Shown: piece after piece, positions 38,866 through 47,726 of the stretch
How the letters are laid out: every line of letters begins with the position of its first letter
Position numbering within the stretch: the first letter of the stretch is position 1
NCBI GenBank assembly: GCA_043747615.1
Contig: JAYTOU010000027.1
Span: forward strand, 21,589-85,588
Direction: 5' to 3'
DNA length: 64,000 nucleotides
Source: Myxococcales bacterium
GTDB taxonomy: Bacteria; Myxococcota_A; Polyangia; Polyangiales; Polyangiaceae
Program-made: the position numbers and the translations under genes
The notes under the pieces: generated by a model
Told to the model about the DNA's origin: nothing
Database searches by the model: none
Seen by the model: the letters and a program-made list of their open reading frames with translations, nothing else

Positions 38866-41033
38866 AATCACGAGCGAGCGTGGCTGTCGCCCTCATCCTC
38901 GTCTCCAAGGCTGCCGCCGCCGACGAGCCCGCGACACCTCCGCACGACGCCGAGCCTCTTCAGAAGCCTGAGCCGCTCGAGGTACGGGTGATCGGTGGCA
39001 AGCCGGATTCGCTCCAGCGCATCCCAGGCTCGGGCACGATGGTCACCCGCCAGGAGATCGAGCGCGCGCAGCCGACGGACACGGCCGAGATGCTGCGGCG
39101 GGTGCCTGGCGTCCAGGTGCGACAGGAATACGGCGGCGGCCAGCGGCTCGACATCAGCATTCGCGGGCTGGAAGGGGGACGGAGCCGCCGCGTGCTCGTG
39201 CTCGAAGATGGTATTCCCGTTGCGCTCAATCCGTATGCCGAGCCCGACATGTACTATTCGCCGCCCGTCGAGCGCATGCGCGGGATCGAGGTCGTGAAGG
39301 GGAGCGGCAACATCCTCTTCGGCCCCCAGACCATCGGCGGCGTCGTGAACTTTCTCACCCTCGCCCCCACGGGCGAGCATGCCGCGGCCGTGGACGCCGA
39401 AGGCGGATCACTCGGATACTTCCGGGGTCTTGCGAAGTATGGCGATTCCTACGGGGGCGTTCGTTACGTCGTGCAGGCTTTCCACAAACGCGGAGACGGC
39501 TTTCGCGACGAGTCCTTCAACTCGACCGACGGAGTGGCGAAGTTTGCATTCGACACCTCCCGCAACGGAGAGCTGACTTTCAAGATTGGATTTCATGACG
39601 ACGCCGCGCAATCAGACGATGTTGGCCTCACACGCGATCTATACGCGGCCAATCCTCGTCAGGGAACGCTGGCACCGCTCGATCACCTTCACCTCCGCCG
39701 ATTCGAAGTGTCGATGATCCACGAGCACCGTTTCACAGCAGAAACGAAGCTCAAGACGCTGATCTACGCGTACGACACCAACCGCATCTGGCGCCGGCAG
39801 AACTACGCGCGCACGAACGATCCGCGCGCGAGCTATGATCACGTCGCCGGCGACACGCAGCTCCCGGGAGGCGGTATCTATTTTCTCCCGACAGACACCA
39901 TTCTCGATCGCGATTACCAAGTAGCGGGAATGGAGCCGCGCCTCGAGCACCGGGTGGATACGGGCGGGGTCGGCCACACCTTCGACATCGGCGCCCGGCT
40001 GCTCGGTGAAACCGCTCATTATCAGCAGCGATCAGGGGATAACCCGACCTCGTACTCCGGAAGCCTCGATTACGAAGAGCAACATCGGACGATTGCGTTT
40101 GCCACTTATGTCCAGGATCGCATGGCTTTTCGTGATTGGGTCTTGGTCACTCCGGGAGTGCGCGTAGAGCACGCCGAGTACCACCGGATCGTCCTCCGGC
40201 AGAACGATGGGACGGGAACCCACGACGTCTCGAACGCCGGCAACTCGGCGGTGAGTGGGTTCATTCCCGGGATTGGGATGATCGTCGGATCGCGCAAAGC
40301 CCATGTTTTTGGCGGGATGCACGTCGGGTGGGCCCCTCCCCGGGTGACGTCATCCATCAGCCCGAAAGGAACGCCGGCCGATCTCAAAGCCGAGCAGAGC
40401 ATCAACTACGAGACAGGCGCGCGCATGATGCCGAACAAGTGGCTGAAGGCCGAAGTCACTGGCTTCTTATCGAACTTTCAAAACCAAGTGGTTCTCAACA
40501 CGCTTCCGGGCGCACAAACCACCGAGACCGACGGCGGAAGCACGCGCCACCTCGGCGTGGAGGCGGCGACGGTGGTCGGGGTCGGTAAAATCCTTGATTT
40601 ACCGCTCATCGTCGATGTTGGGGCCCGCTACACGTTCGCCCGCGCGACCTTCATCGGGGGCCGCTCCGACGGCAATCTTCTGCCCTATGCGCCCCTTCAC
40701 AGCTTCAATGCCAACTTGGATATCGAACATTCGAGCGGCGTCGGTGGCCAGATTGCGTATGCGCACGTGAGCTGGCAGTTCACCGATGTGGCCAACACCA
40801 TCGACGTCGACTCCACCGGGCGCGTCGGTCTCCTCCCGAGTCACAACATCCTCGACGTCACGGCGCACTACCGCCACAAGAAGTCCGGCCTCTCTCTTCG
40901 ATTTACCCTGAAAAACGCGCTCGATGACGTGTACGTCGTGGCCCGCCGCCCCGAAGGGATCTTCGCGTCCGGTTTCCGCCAGGCCATCGTTGGTCTGCGC
41001 TGGGACTACGAGAAGAAGGCGAGCGCGGAGTAG
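38862..41033 (+). CDS. TonB-dependent outer-membrane receptor (FecA-like)
   Basis: Plug domain LRRVPGV..ISIRGL..VLVLEDGIP..IEVVKG..GGVVNF; barrel end KNALDDVY...GFRQAIVGLRWDY. Confidence 0.93.
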   Translation: MKSRASVAVALILVSKAAAADEPATPPHDAEPLQKPEPLEVRVIGGKPDSLQRIPGSGTMVTRQEIERAQPTDTAEMLRRVPGVQVRQEYGGGQRLDISIRGLEGGRSRRVLVLEDGIPVALNPYAEPDMYYSPPVERMRGIEVVKGSGNILFGPQTIGGVVNFLTLAPTGEHAAAVDAEGGSLGYFRGLAKYGDSYGGVRYVVQAFHKRGDGFRDESFNSTDGVAKFAFDTSRNGELTFKIGFHDDAAQSDDVGLTRDLYAANPRQGTLAPLDHLHLRRFEVSMIHEHRFTAETKLKTLIYAYDTNRIWRRQNYARTNDPRASYDHVAGDTQLPGGGIYFLPTDTILDRDYQVAGMEPRLEHRVDTGGVGHTFDIGARLLGETAHYQQRSGDNPTSYSGSLDYEEQHRTIAFATYVQDRMAFRDWVLVTPGVRVEHAEYHRIVLRQNDGTGTHDVSNAGNSAVSGFIPGIGMIVGSRKAHVFGGMHVGWAPPRVTSSISPKGTPADLKAEQSINYETGARMMPNKWLKAEVTGFLSNFQNQVVLNTLPGAQTTETDGGSTRHLGVEAATVVGVGKILDLPLIVDVGARYTFARATFIGGRSDGNLLPYAPLHSFNANLDIEHSSGVGGQIAYAHVSWQFTDVANTIDVDSTGRVGLLPSHNILDVTAHYRHKKSGLSLRFTLKNALDDVYVVARRPEGIFASGFRQAIVGLRWDYEKKASAE

Positions 41034-41093
41034 TCGCTCTCACCCCCGACCGGTATGATTGTCAGTCTGGCACCACCCTAGAGCGAGGTTGAC

Positions 41094-41453
41094 ATGCACG
41101 GCCGTTCTCCTTGGATTCGCATCGTTCCGTTTTTCTTCGCTCCGCTCCTCGGCCTCACGGCCTGCGCGGTGACCGCCCGGCCGTCACACGACGCCGCAGA
41201 CAGCGGGACCGACAGCGCTCCGGAGGCCGGTCCCGTCGATGCTGGGGCAAACGGATTTCTCACGCCGTGCACGGTCCTGGGAATGCCGGGGGACTGTCCG
41301 CCGGGGGAAAATCTCACGTGCCGGAGCTACCCGAACCCCGCGCCAGGCAGAAATCTCTGCACTCGCCCGTGCACCCCGGCGACCGTTGCCGTCGACTGTC
41401 CCCCGCCGTCTAAGGGGTGCGGGGGAATGGGGCTCTGCGCTGCCGGCCCGTAG
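41094..41453 (+). CDS. Small Cys-rich lipoprotein, paralog of 38455-38865
   Basis: Lipobox LTAC; FLTPC...CTRPC...DCPPPSKGCGGMGLC. Confidence 0.75.
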   Translation: MHGRSPWIRIVPFFFAPLLGLTACAVTARPSHDAADSGTDSAPEAGPVDAGANGFLTPCTVLGMPGDCPPGENLTCRSYPNPAPGRNLCTRPCTPATVAVDCPPPSKGCGGMGLCAAGP

Positions 41454-41496
41454 AAACTCACGCCGTCTAGGCACGGGCGGTGCACACTCCTGCTCG

Positions 41497-42678
41497 ATGG
41501 CTCGATCGATCTGGCGCAAAGGCGCGATGTGCGCGCTCACCGTGACTTTGGTTTTTTCCGCGGTTTCGTGCAAGAAACGCCGTACCGGCGTCGTCGGTCC
41601 CATGGCGGCGAGCCTGGTCGATGCCTCGGCCGCGAACGAGCTGGCCATGGCCGAAAAGAAGGCCAACAAGCAGCGGATGAAAGAGGCACTCGTCTACGTG
41701 GACGGCCGGCAGATCGGCGTCATGCGCATCACCGAGCTGCCCCCCTTGCTGAAGCGGCACGAGTACACGCTTGCGGACGGTCGCACCGCGGCGCGCTGGA
41801 ACCTCGTCGAATACATCGAGAGCGTCGGCGTCGACGTTCGCAAAATCCAGGATTTGCATCTGTACGGAGGTCGCGATCGCACCGCGCGGATCACGGGAGA
41901 CGAGCTGCGTCGCGTGCGAAGCGAGCTTTACTTCGACTACACGCGCGGTGAAAAAGGCGGAAAGACCCGGATGCGGTGGCCCGAGCACGGCATCAAGATG
42001 AACACCAGCATCGACAACGTGATGGCGATGGCGATCTACGTCGACAAGCCCGCGCCGACGTACAGCACGGAGGTCTACGCGCTCACGTTTGCGGACGGCA
42101 AAGCCATCGAGGGGATCCCGTACGCGCCGGTCGAGGAAGGTCACGGAACCCGCTTCTACGTCGACGGAGTTCTCCTCGGCACCATGAAGCGGAAGCAACT
42201 GCCGGATTCACTTTTGTTACCCGGAAGTGACACGGCGCCGACCACGGACGCCGGCCTGGTTCATTCGTTCTCCCTCATCGCTTATCTCGCGTCGGTTGGC
42301 GCGGACATCAACCACGCGAAAACAATCGACTATGTTGGCGGAGACGACGTGGTCGCGCGGATCCCGGGCTCGGTCGTCGCGAAGGACCCAAACAGCCTGG
42401 CGTTTTCGATTCCGGCCCACAGCCACGGCAAAATTCTCATGAAGCTCCCCGAATCCGCGGCAGATTCGGGCTCCACGGCCACGGAGGCAAAGGTCTCCGC
42501 CGTGGAAATTTTCATCAAGACCGCAGCTCCCAAGCGGGAAATCACGCCTCCCCCGGTCAACGAACCACCCAGTAGTGGATCTGCACACATCCGGACACCT
42601 GGTAACAATTCCGCAACAAACGGTGGATCAGGGATGGCACAAGACGTGCTGAACGAGGGTCAAGACGGACAAGATTGA
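41497..42678 (+). CDS. Lipoprotein with internally duplicated domain, function unknown
   Basis: Lipobox AVSC; VYVDGRQIG..LVEYIESVGVD..YGGRD repeated as FYVDGVLLG..LIAYLASVGAD..YVGGDD. Confidence 0.75.
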   Translation: MARSIWRKGAMCALTVTLVFSAVSCKKRRTGVVGPMAASLVDASAANELAMAEKKANKQRMKEALVYVDGRQIGVMRITELPPLLKRHEYTLADGRTAARWNLVEYIESVGVDVRKIQDLHLYGGRDRTARITGDELRRVRSELYFDYTRGEKGGKTRMRWPEHGIKMNTSIDNVMAMAIYVDKPAPTYSTEVYALTFADGKAIEGIPYAPVEEGHGTRFYVDGVLLGTMKRKQLPDSLLLPGSDTAPTTDAGLVHSFSLIAYLASVGADINHAKTIDYVGGDDVVARIPGSVVAKDPNSLAFSIPAHSHGKILMKLPESAADSGSTATEAKVSAVEIFIKTAAPKREITPPPVNEPPSSGSAHIRTPGNNSATNGGSGMAQDVLNEGQDGQD

Positions 42679-42694
42679 CCCTCTGGAGGCCCTC

Positions 42695-44422
42695 ATGAAG
42701 ACGCAACGGATTTTTGCAGTGATTGGGTTGGCGAGCTTCGGATTGCTCACCCAGGCGTCACACGCAGAAGCAGCCTCGAGCGCGGTCATCAAGATGGCTC
42801 CCGGCATCGGCGGGCAGACCGTCAACGGCACTCGGAAGAAGAACGCCGGGCCTGGCCAAGAGCAGGGCGTTGCCATCGCCGTCAAAGACGCGGGCAAACA
42901 GTACATCGTCACGGTGTTCATGTCTTCGAACATCCCCGGGCAAAACCCGAACGACAACGTCAATCAGTTGAAGTGCTCGAGCGTGGAGCTCACGCCGACG
43001 GGCCCCGTCACCCGCGCAGACCAAGTGCAGATCACGGACAACCGCGGCGACCGCCCGGGCAACCACCCGGCCATCGCGGCCGACGAAGCCGGCCACATCG
43101 TCTACCTGTACGGCGCGAACAAAAACAACGCGACGAACGTCTCGACGTACGCCGGCGTGCTCAACACGATGTGCCAGGTCACGACCCCGGACGAACGCAT
43201 CAGCAGCAACAACAACAACAACGAAGGTGCGCCGGACGTCGCGTACGCAGGCGGCGGCGTCTTCCAGGGCGGCTACTACAGCAACGGCAACAACAGCGCG
43301 GCCCGCGCCGTCGGACTGAAGATCACCGGCTCGACCCTGACCCGCCTCTACGACAAGGCGATCGTCGCGCCCTCGAACATCGGCCGTCCGGCCATCGTCG
43401 CCACCGCCGGTGACCGCAGCCTCTTCTGCGCTGCCAAGGGCAACAACAGGCCCCCCGAAGTTGGCGTGGAGTGCCACTGGCTCGAAGTGACGACCGGGAC
43501 GTCCATGTCCAAGTCTCTCGTCGCTGCCTCGAACCCCGCCCAGAACATTTATTACAACCAGCCGAGCGTCGCGATGCTCGACAACGGCAACTTCGTCGTC
43601 CAGTCGCAGATGTCGAACGGCGGCGGAAAGAACAACAACAACAAGGGCAGCAACACCGCCCACATGTACGTCGTGACCCCGTCGGACACGTCGATCGCGA
43701 AGATGAGCGAGACCATCGGCGCGACGGCGTACCAGAACCACTCTTCGCTCTGCGCGGGCGCCTACGGTGTCGGCGGCAAACGTCACGCGGCCGTCCTCGG
43801 CATGCCCTCCAGCGGAAACGGCCAACCCGTTCTCCAGATGGCGTCCTACAGCGCGGACGCGGCAGGCGCCGACAAGATGGCCGTCGATATCCAGGCCAAC
43901 AAGTGGATCGTCGGCTGGTACGGCGACGCGGGAATGATGGCGAACATCTACGGCCAGAACCCCGGGCAGCAAGGTCGTAACTTCATGAAGTGCATCGGCG
44001 ACGTTCCCAACCCCGGCTACCACGTGATGGGCGGGTTCATGGCCGACGTCGAGACGTTCTTCGCGGTTCCCCACGAGGGCCGCATCAACGGCGACATGAA
44101 GAACGCCGAGTGGCTCACGCTCGTCCCCGGCAAGTCCGACAACGCGCTTCCCCCGGAAGGCCCCAAGGACCCGGGCTCCATCCCCCCCGGCAACGTGGCC
44201 CCTTCCGACTCTCCCGCCGCGCCCGGTAACCCCAACGCTCCGAACCCCGCAAACCCCGCGAACCCCGCGAACCCTGCCGCGGATGGCCCCGGTCTCGGTC
44301 AGCCCGCTGGTTGTGCATGCAGCGTCCCCTCGACGTCCACCTCTTCGAACACCGGAGGCGCGGTAGCTCTCCTCGGGCTAGGAATCGTGCTCGCAGCACG
44401 TCGTCGTCGCGGAGAAGGGTGA
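42695..44422 (+). CDS. MYXO-CTERM-sorted cell-surface protein, Asn-rich, probable beta-propeller
   Basis: SD GGAGG; signal peptide; C-terminal GCACSV...ALLGLGIVLAARRRR; repeated P[ADS][IV][AV] blade-like motifs. Confidence 0.85.
   Translation: MKTQRIFAVIGLASFGLLTQASHAEAASSAVIKMAPGIGGQTVNGTRKKNAGPGQEQGVAIAVKDAGKQYIVTVFMSSNIPGQNPNDNVNQLKCSSVELTPTGPVTRADQVQITDNRGDRPGNHPAIAADEAGHIVYLYGANKNNATNVSTYAGVLNTMCQVTTPDERISSNNNNNEGAPDVAYAGGGVFQGGYYSNGNNSAARAVGLKITGSTLTRLYDKAIVAPSNIGRPAIVATAGDRSLFCAAKGNNRPPEVGVECHWLEVTTGTSMSKSLVAASNPAQNIYYNQPSVAMLDNGNFVVQSQMSNGGGKNNNNKGSNTAHMYVVTPSDTSIAKMSETIGATAYQNHSSLCAGAYGVGGKRHAAVLGMPSSGNGQPVLQMASYSADAAGADKMAVDIQANKWIVGWYGDAGMMANIYGQNPGQQGRNFMKCIGDVPNPGYHVMGGFMADVETFFAVPHEGRINGDMKNAEWLTLVPGKSDNALPPEGPKDPGSIPPGNVAPSDSPAAPGNPNAPNPANPANPANPAADGPGLGQPAGCACSVPSTSTSSNTGGAVALLGLGIVLAARRRRGEG
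44243..44278 (+). repeat. 4x 9-bp repeat encoding an (NPA)4 linker
   Basis: aaccccgca aaccccgcg aaccccgcg aaccctgcc. Confidence 0.85.
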
Positions 44423-44426
44423 TACC

Positions 44427-45392
44427 ATGAACGCCAAGCGCATCTCGATCGCAGTCGCGATGTCGCTCGCGGCGGCCGCCTGGGCGGGTTGCTCGAGCAA
44501 CACCGGAACCCTGCAGGACCCGGGATCCGGCGCACCCGGCGGAGGATCTCCGGACGGACTCGGCCTCGGTGCAGGGGGTGGTGGGAATGCCGCCGGCCCC
44601 GGCAACGGCAACCAGTCTGCGAAAGAGGTCTTCGTCACCAAGGTGTATCCCTCGCTTCTTACGGGCCAGACCGCGGGGCCGCAGTGCACGGCGTGTCACG
44701 TCAACGGCGAGCAAGCAGCGCCGAAGTTTCTCGCAGCGAGCGGCGAGGCCTCGTACTCCGCGATCGAGCTCACTGGGCTGATCGCAGCGCCGTCCAACAG
44801 TCTCCTTCTTCTTCACGGAGCGCACACCGGTCCGGCCCTCGCCCCGCAGCAGCAAGCGATCGTCACCGACTGGCTCACCCAAGAGGCCGCAGCGCGCGGG
44901 CTCACGGGTGGACCAGGCTCACCGACGCAAGTCGTCACGCTCGATTCGTCGCTCCGCGAGTTTGGGAGCTGCATGGACATCAACGAGTGGAACGCTCAGG
45001 GCCTCGACCAGCTCTACAGAATTCAGACGAACGCCGGAAACGGCAACCCCAGCTGCATGGATTGCCATAACCAGGGCGACGGCGGCAACTGGATGGCCGG
45101 TGGGAACGCGACCCTCGCTACCAAGGCCTTCCAAATGAACCAGGGTTTCCCCTTCATCAAGCGCATGGTCTCCGGCACCGTCGACGCGAACGGTGGATTC
45201 AAGGCCCTCGTCGCGTCCAATCGGTGGAGAGACAAGGGAGTCGAGGCGAAGCTTTGCAACCGCGCGACGACGAACTGCCATCCGCGCTACACGCTCACGG
45301 CCGCGCAGCAGACCGGCATCGACAACTTCGTGGCCTCCACCTTGGCCCGAGCGGCCGCGCACACCTGCGGCGGCGACGCCGGTCACGACTGA
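44427..45392 (+). CDS. Lipoprotein c-type cytochrome (2 CxxCH)
   Basis: Lipobox WAGC; CTACH, CMDCH, plus CX6CH (CNRATTNCH). Confidence 0.85.
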   Translation: MNAKRISIAVAMSLAAAAWAGCSSNTGTLQDPGSGAPGGGSPDGLGLGAGGGGNAAGPGNGNQSAKEVFVTKVYPSLLTGQTAGPQCTACHVNGEQAAPKFLAASGEASYSAIELTGLIAAPSNSLLLLHGAHTGPALAPQQQAIVTDWLTQEAAARGLTGGPGSPTQVVTLDSSLREFGSCMDINEWNAQGLDQLYRIQTNAGNGNPSCMDCHNQGDGGNWMAGGNATLATKAFQMNQGFPFIKRMVSGTVDANGGFKALVASNRWRDKGVEAKLCNRATTNCHPRYTLTAAQQTGIDNFVASTLARAAAHTCGGDAGHD

Positions 45393-45460
45393 CCAGCACA
45401 CGAACGCGCCGTTCGCACTCTTCTTCCCACCCTACTAGCTTCGTAAAGGGTACTCCCGCC

Positions 45461-46402
45461 ATGCACACCAAACACATCTCGATTGCGTTGTTGATGACGG
45501 TGTCGGTGGCGGGATGGGCAGGGTGTTCGTCGCAGCAGGGTGGTCTCGGAGATCCGAACGCCATCAATCAGCCGCCTGTCACCGGCGGAAACGACGGTGG
45601 GATCCTCCCCTCGACCGGCCCTGGAAACGGAAGCCAAGGCGCAAAGCAGCTCTTCATCGACACCGTGTATCCGGTCATCCAGCCGACGTGCGCGAGCTGT
45701 CACGCGACGGGCGCGAAGAGCGCGCCGCTCTATCTTTCGCCGGCCGGCGCCGCTGCTTCGTACGACGTCATCCAAGTGCACGCGGGCATCATCGCCACGC
45801 CAGACAACAGCATTCTCCTCTTGCACGGACCGCACACCGGCCCGGCGCTCATGCAAAGCCAAAAAGACGTCATCAAGACGTGGCTCACCGCCGAAGCGAA
45901 GGAGCGAAATTTGGTCGGCGGTGGAGGCACTGCAGGCGCGCCGACGATGACGCTCGCCCAGGCGCTCACCGACTTCGGAAATTGCATGTCTTACGCGGAC
46001 TGGACGACGACGGGCATGAACAAGCTCGCGCAGGCAGAAACGGGCGGCGCCGGGAGCTGCACGGGCTGCCACAACCAGGGCGAAGCCGGCAATTACCTGA
46101 ACCTGCTCGACGACGCGAAAACGTTCTCGACCAACCGGACGTACCCGTACATCAAGCGCTTGGTCACGGGCACCGTCGACATGAACGGCGGCTTCAAGGA
46201 TCTGGCCGCTTCGAATCGCGAGATCGACAAGGGCGCAGAGGCCGCGCATTGCGTCGCTGGCCCGGGCATCATCTGCCATCCGCCCTACACGTTGCCTCCC
46301 AACAATTCGGGCGGCAGCAAGTCGGTCACCGATTTCGTGAGCAAGACCCTCACCAACTGGCGCAACAGGACGTGCGGCCTCACTGACGCCGGCCCCGGCT
46401 GA
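45461..46402 (+). CDS. Paralogous lipoprotein c-type cytochrome (2 CxxCH)
   Basis: Lipobox WAGC; CASCH, CTGCH, plus CX7CH (CVAGPGIICH); collinear with the upstream paralog. Confidence 0.85.
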   Translation: MHTKHISIALLMTVSVAGWAGCSSQQGGLGDPNAINQPPVTGGNDGGILPSTGPGNGSQGAKQLFIDTVYPVIQPTCASCHATGAKSAPLYLSPAGAAASYDVIQVHAGIIATPDNSILLLHGPHTGPALMQSQKDVIKTWLTAEAKERNLVGGGGTAGAPTMTLAQALTDFGNCMSYADWTTTGMNKLAQAETGGAGSCTGCHNQGEAGNYLNLLDDAKTFSTNRTYPYIKRLVTGTVDMNGGFKDLAASNREIDKGAEAAHCVAGPGIICHPPYTLPPNNSGGSKSVTDFVSKTLTNWRNRTCGLTDAGPG

Positions 46403-46424
46403 TCCATCCCGGATGGAGTAGTGT
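46403..46424 (+). promoter_or_regulatory. Inverted repeat TCCATCC-C-GGATGGA directly upstream of a TAGTGT -10-like hexamer
   Basis: Read from the sequence; the hexamer sits 9 nt before ATG 46434. Confidence 0.4.
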
Positions 46425-46433
46425 GGCGGCGCG

Positions 46434-47726
46434 ATGCATGAACGTCTCCGCATCGACCCTCGACTGCGGGTCCTCTACCTAGCGACTATCTCGCTCGGGA
46501 TATTTCTCTTCAAGCAGCCGATCGCCCTCGTGGCGCTCGCTGCATCGCAGGCCGCGCTCTGGCTCCTCGTGGGGCTCGGACCGCGCCGCCTGTTTCGCCA
46601 AGTCTTCAAGCTCTGGGGCATGGCGCTCTTCGTCGTGGTCTCGTACGCGCTCACGGCCGAAGACCCAGCGACCGATCGCTGGGTGCAAGTGCCGCTTCAT
46701 TTTTTCGAAGCGCGCGTCAACGTCGCTGGCGCTCTCATCGGTGCGTTCATGATGCTCCGCATCCTGGCGGTGGTCATGGCGTCCCAAGTGGCGAGGGCAG
46801 GGGATAGCCGCGCGATCGCTCAGGGCTTGGGAAAGCTCGGCGTGCCGAGAATCGTAGCCGTTTCGATGGACGCCGTCCTCGCGCTCATGGGTGACGGCGA
46901 ACGCAAACATGGCGGAGGAGGCGGAGGCGGAGGCGGCGGAGGCGGAGGCGGAGGAGGCGGAGGCGGCGGAGGCGGAGGTGGTCGTCATCGGCAGGCCCAA
47001 GAAGAAGACGGACCCACCGAGAGCTTTTGGGCGTCGGTCAAACGCGTAGGCCGCGAGGGCGTCGGTCCCATCGCGGAACGAATCGAACGACAAATCGACC
47101 GCGCCGAGAGGCACGCCATCGACCAGGGCCTCGACGACAAAAGCCGCGTCCTCGTCCGGGACATCGGAGTCATCGCCGGCCTCACGTTGACGATGCTCGG
47201 CGTGAAGGCGCTCAAAATTCTCCCGAGCATTCCTTTCGCGCCCGGTCACAAGCTCGTGATCCTGACGCCGCTCTACGTGGTCGCCGCCATTCTCTCGCGC
47301 TCACGTTTCGGAGCGACGATCACCGGCCTCACGATGGGCACCGTGGCCTTTCTCCTCGGCGACGGACGCTACGGAATTTTTGAAATCTTGAAGCACGTCA
47401 CCCCGGGCATCATCTGCGATCTCCTGGTGCCCGTGCTCACGCGCGGTGGTAGAAACCCTGGTCGAGTAGTTTGGTCGTTGGTGGGGGGGCTCATCGGCGC
47501 GGGACGCTTCGCGACGATTTTTTCGATTACACTCCTCGTGCAGGCGCCTGCGGTCGCGTACGCGATGTTGATTCCAGGCTTCACCGTTCACACGACGTTC
47601 GGCGTACTCTCAGGGTACGTAACTTATCACCTTGTAATTGCGATTGAAAAGTTGCGCGAGACGCGTCGCGCGATCGAAGCCGAGGAGAAAGATCTCGGCG
47701 CCAACCTGAAAGAAGAGATGCCATGA
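46434..47726 (+). CDS. ECF transporter T-component (CbiQ-like) fused to an S-component, with a poly-Gly insert
   Basis: RIDPRLRV..., AIAQGLGKLGVP T-component motifs; 24 Gly; C-terminal multi-TM S-like domain (APGHK, FGATITGL, PGIICDLL). Confidence 0.8.
   Translation: MHERLRIDPRLRVLYLATISLGIFLFKQPIALVALAASQAALWLLVGLGPRRLFRQVFKLWGMALFVVVSYALTAEDPATDRWVQVPLHFFEARVNVAGALIGAFMMLRILAVVMASQVARAGDSRAIAQGLGKLGVPRIVAVSMDAVLALMGDGERKHGGGGGGGGGGGGGGGGGGGGGGGGRHRQAQEEDGPTESFWASVKRVGREGVGPIAERIERQIDRAERHAIDQGLDDKSRVLVRDIGVIAGLTLTMLGVKALKILPSIPFAPGHKLVILTPLYVVAAILSRSRFGATITGLTMGTVAFLLGDGRYGIFEILKHVTPGIICDLLVPVLTRGGRNPGRVVWSLVGGLIGAGRFATIFSITLLVQAPAVAYAMLIPGFTVHTTFGVLSGYVTYHLVIAIEKLRETRRAIEAEEKDLGANLKEEMP
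46911..46982 (+). repeat. GGC/GGA tract encoding 24 consecutive Gly
   Basis: 72 nt of mixed Gly codons, in frame. Confidence 0.95.

Noticed and set aside
46911..46982. Poly-Gly tract as an assembly artefact or CRISPR-like repeat
   Set aside because: Mixed GGC/GGA/GGT codons keep the reading frame, and there are no spacers
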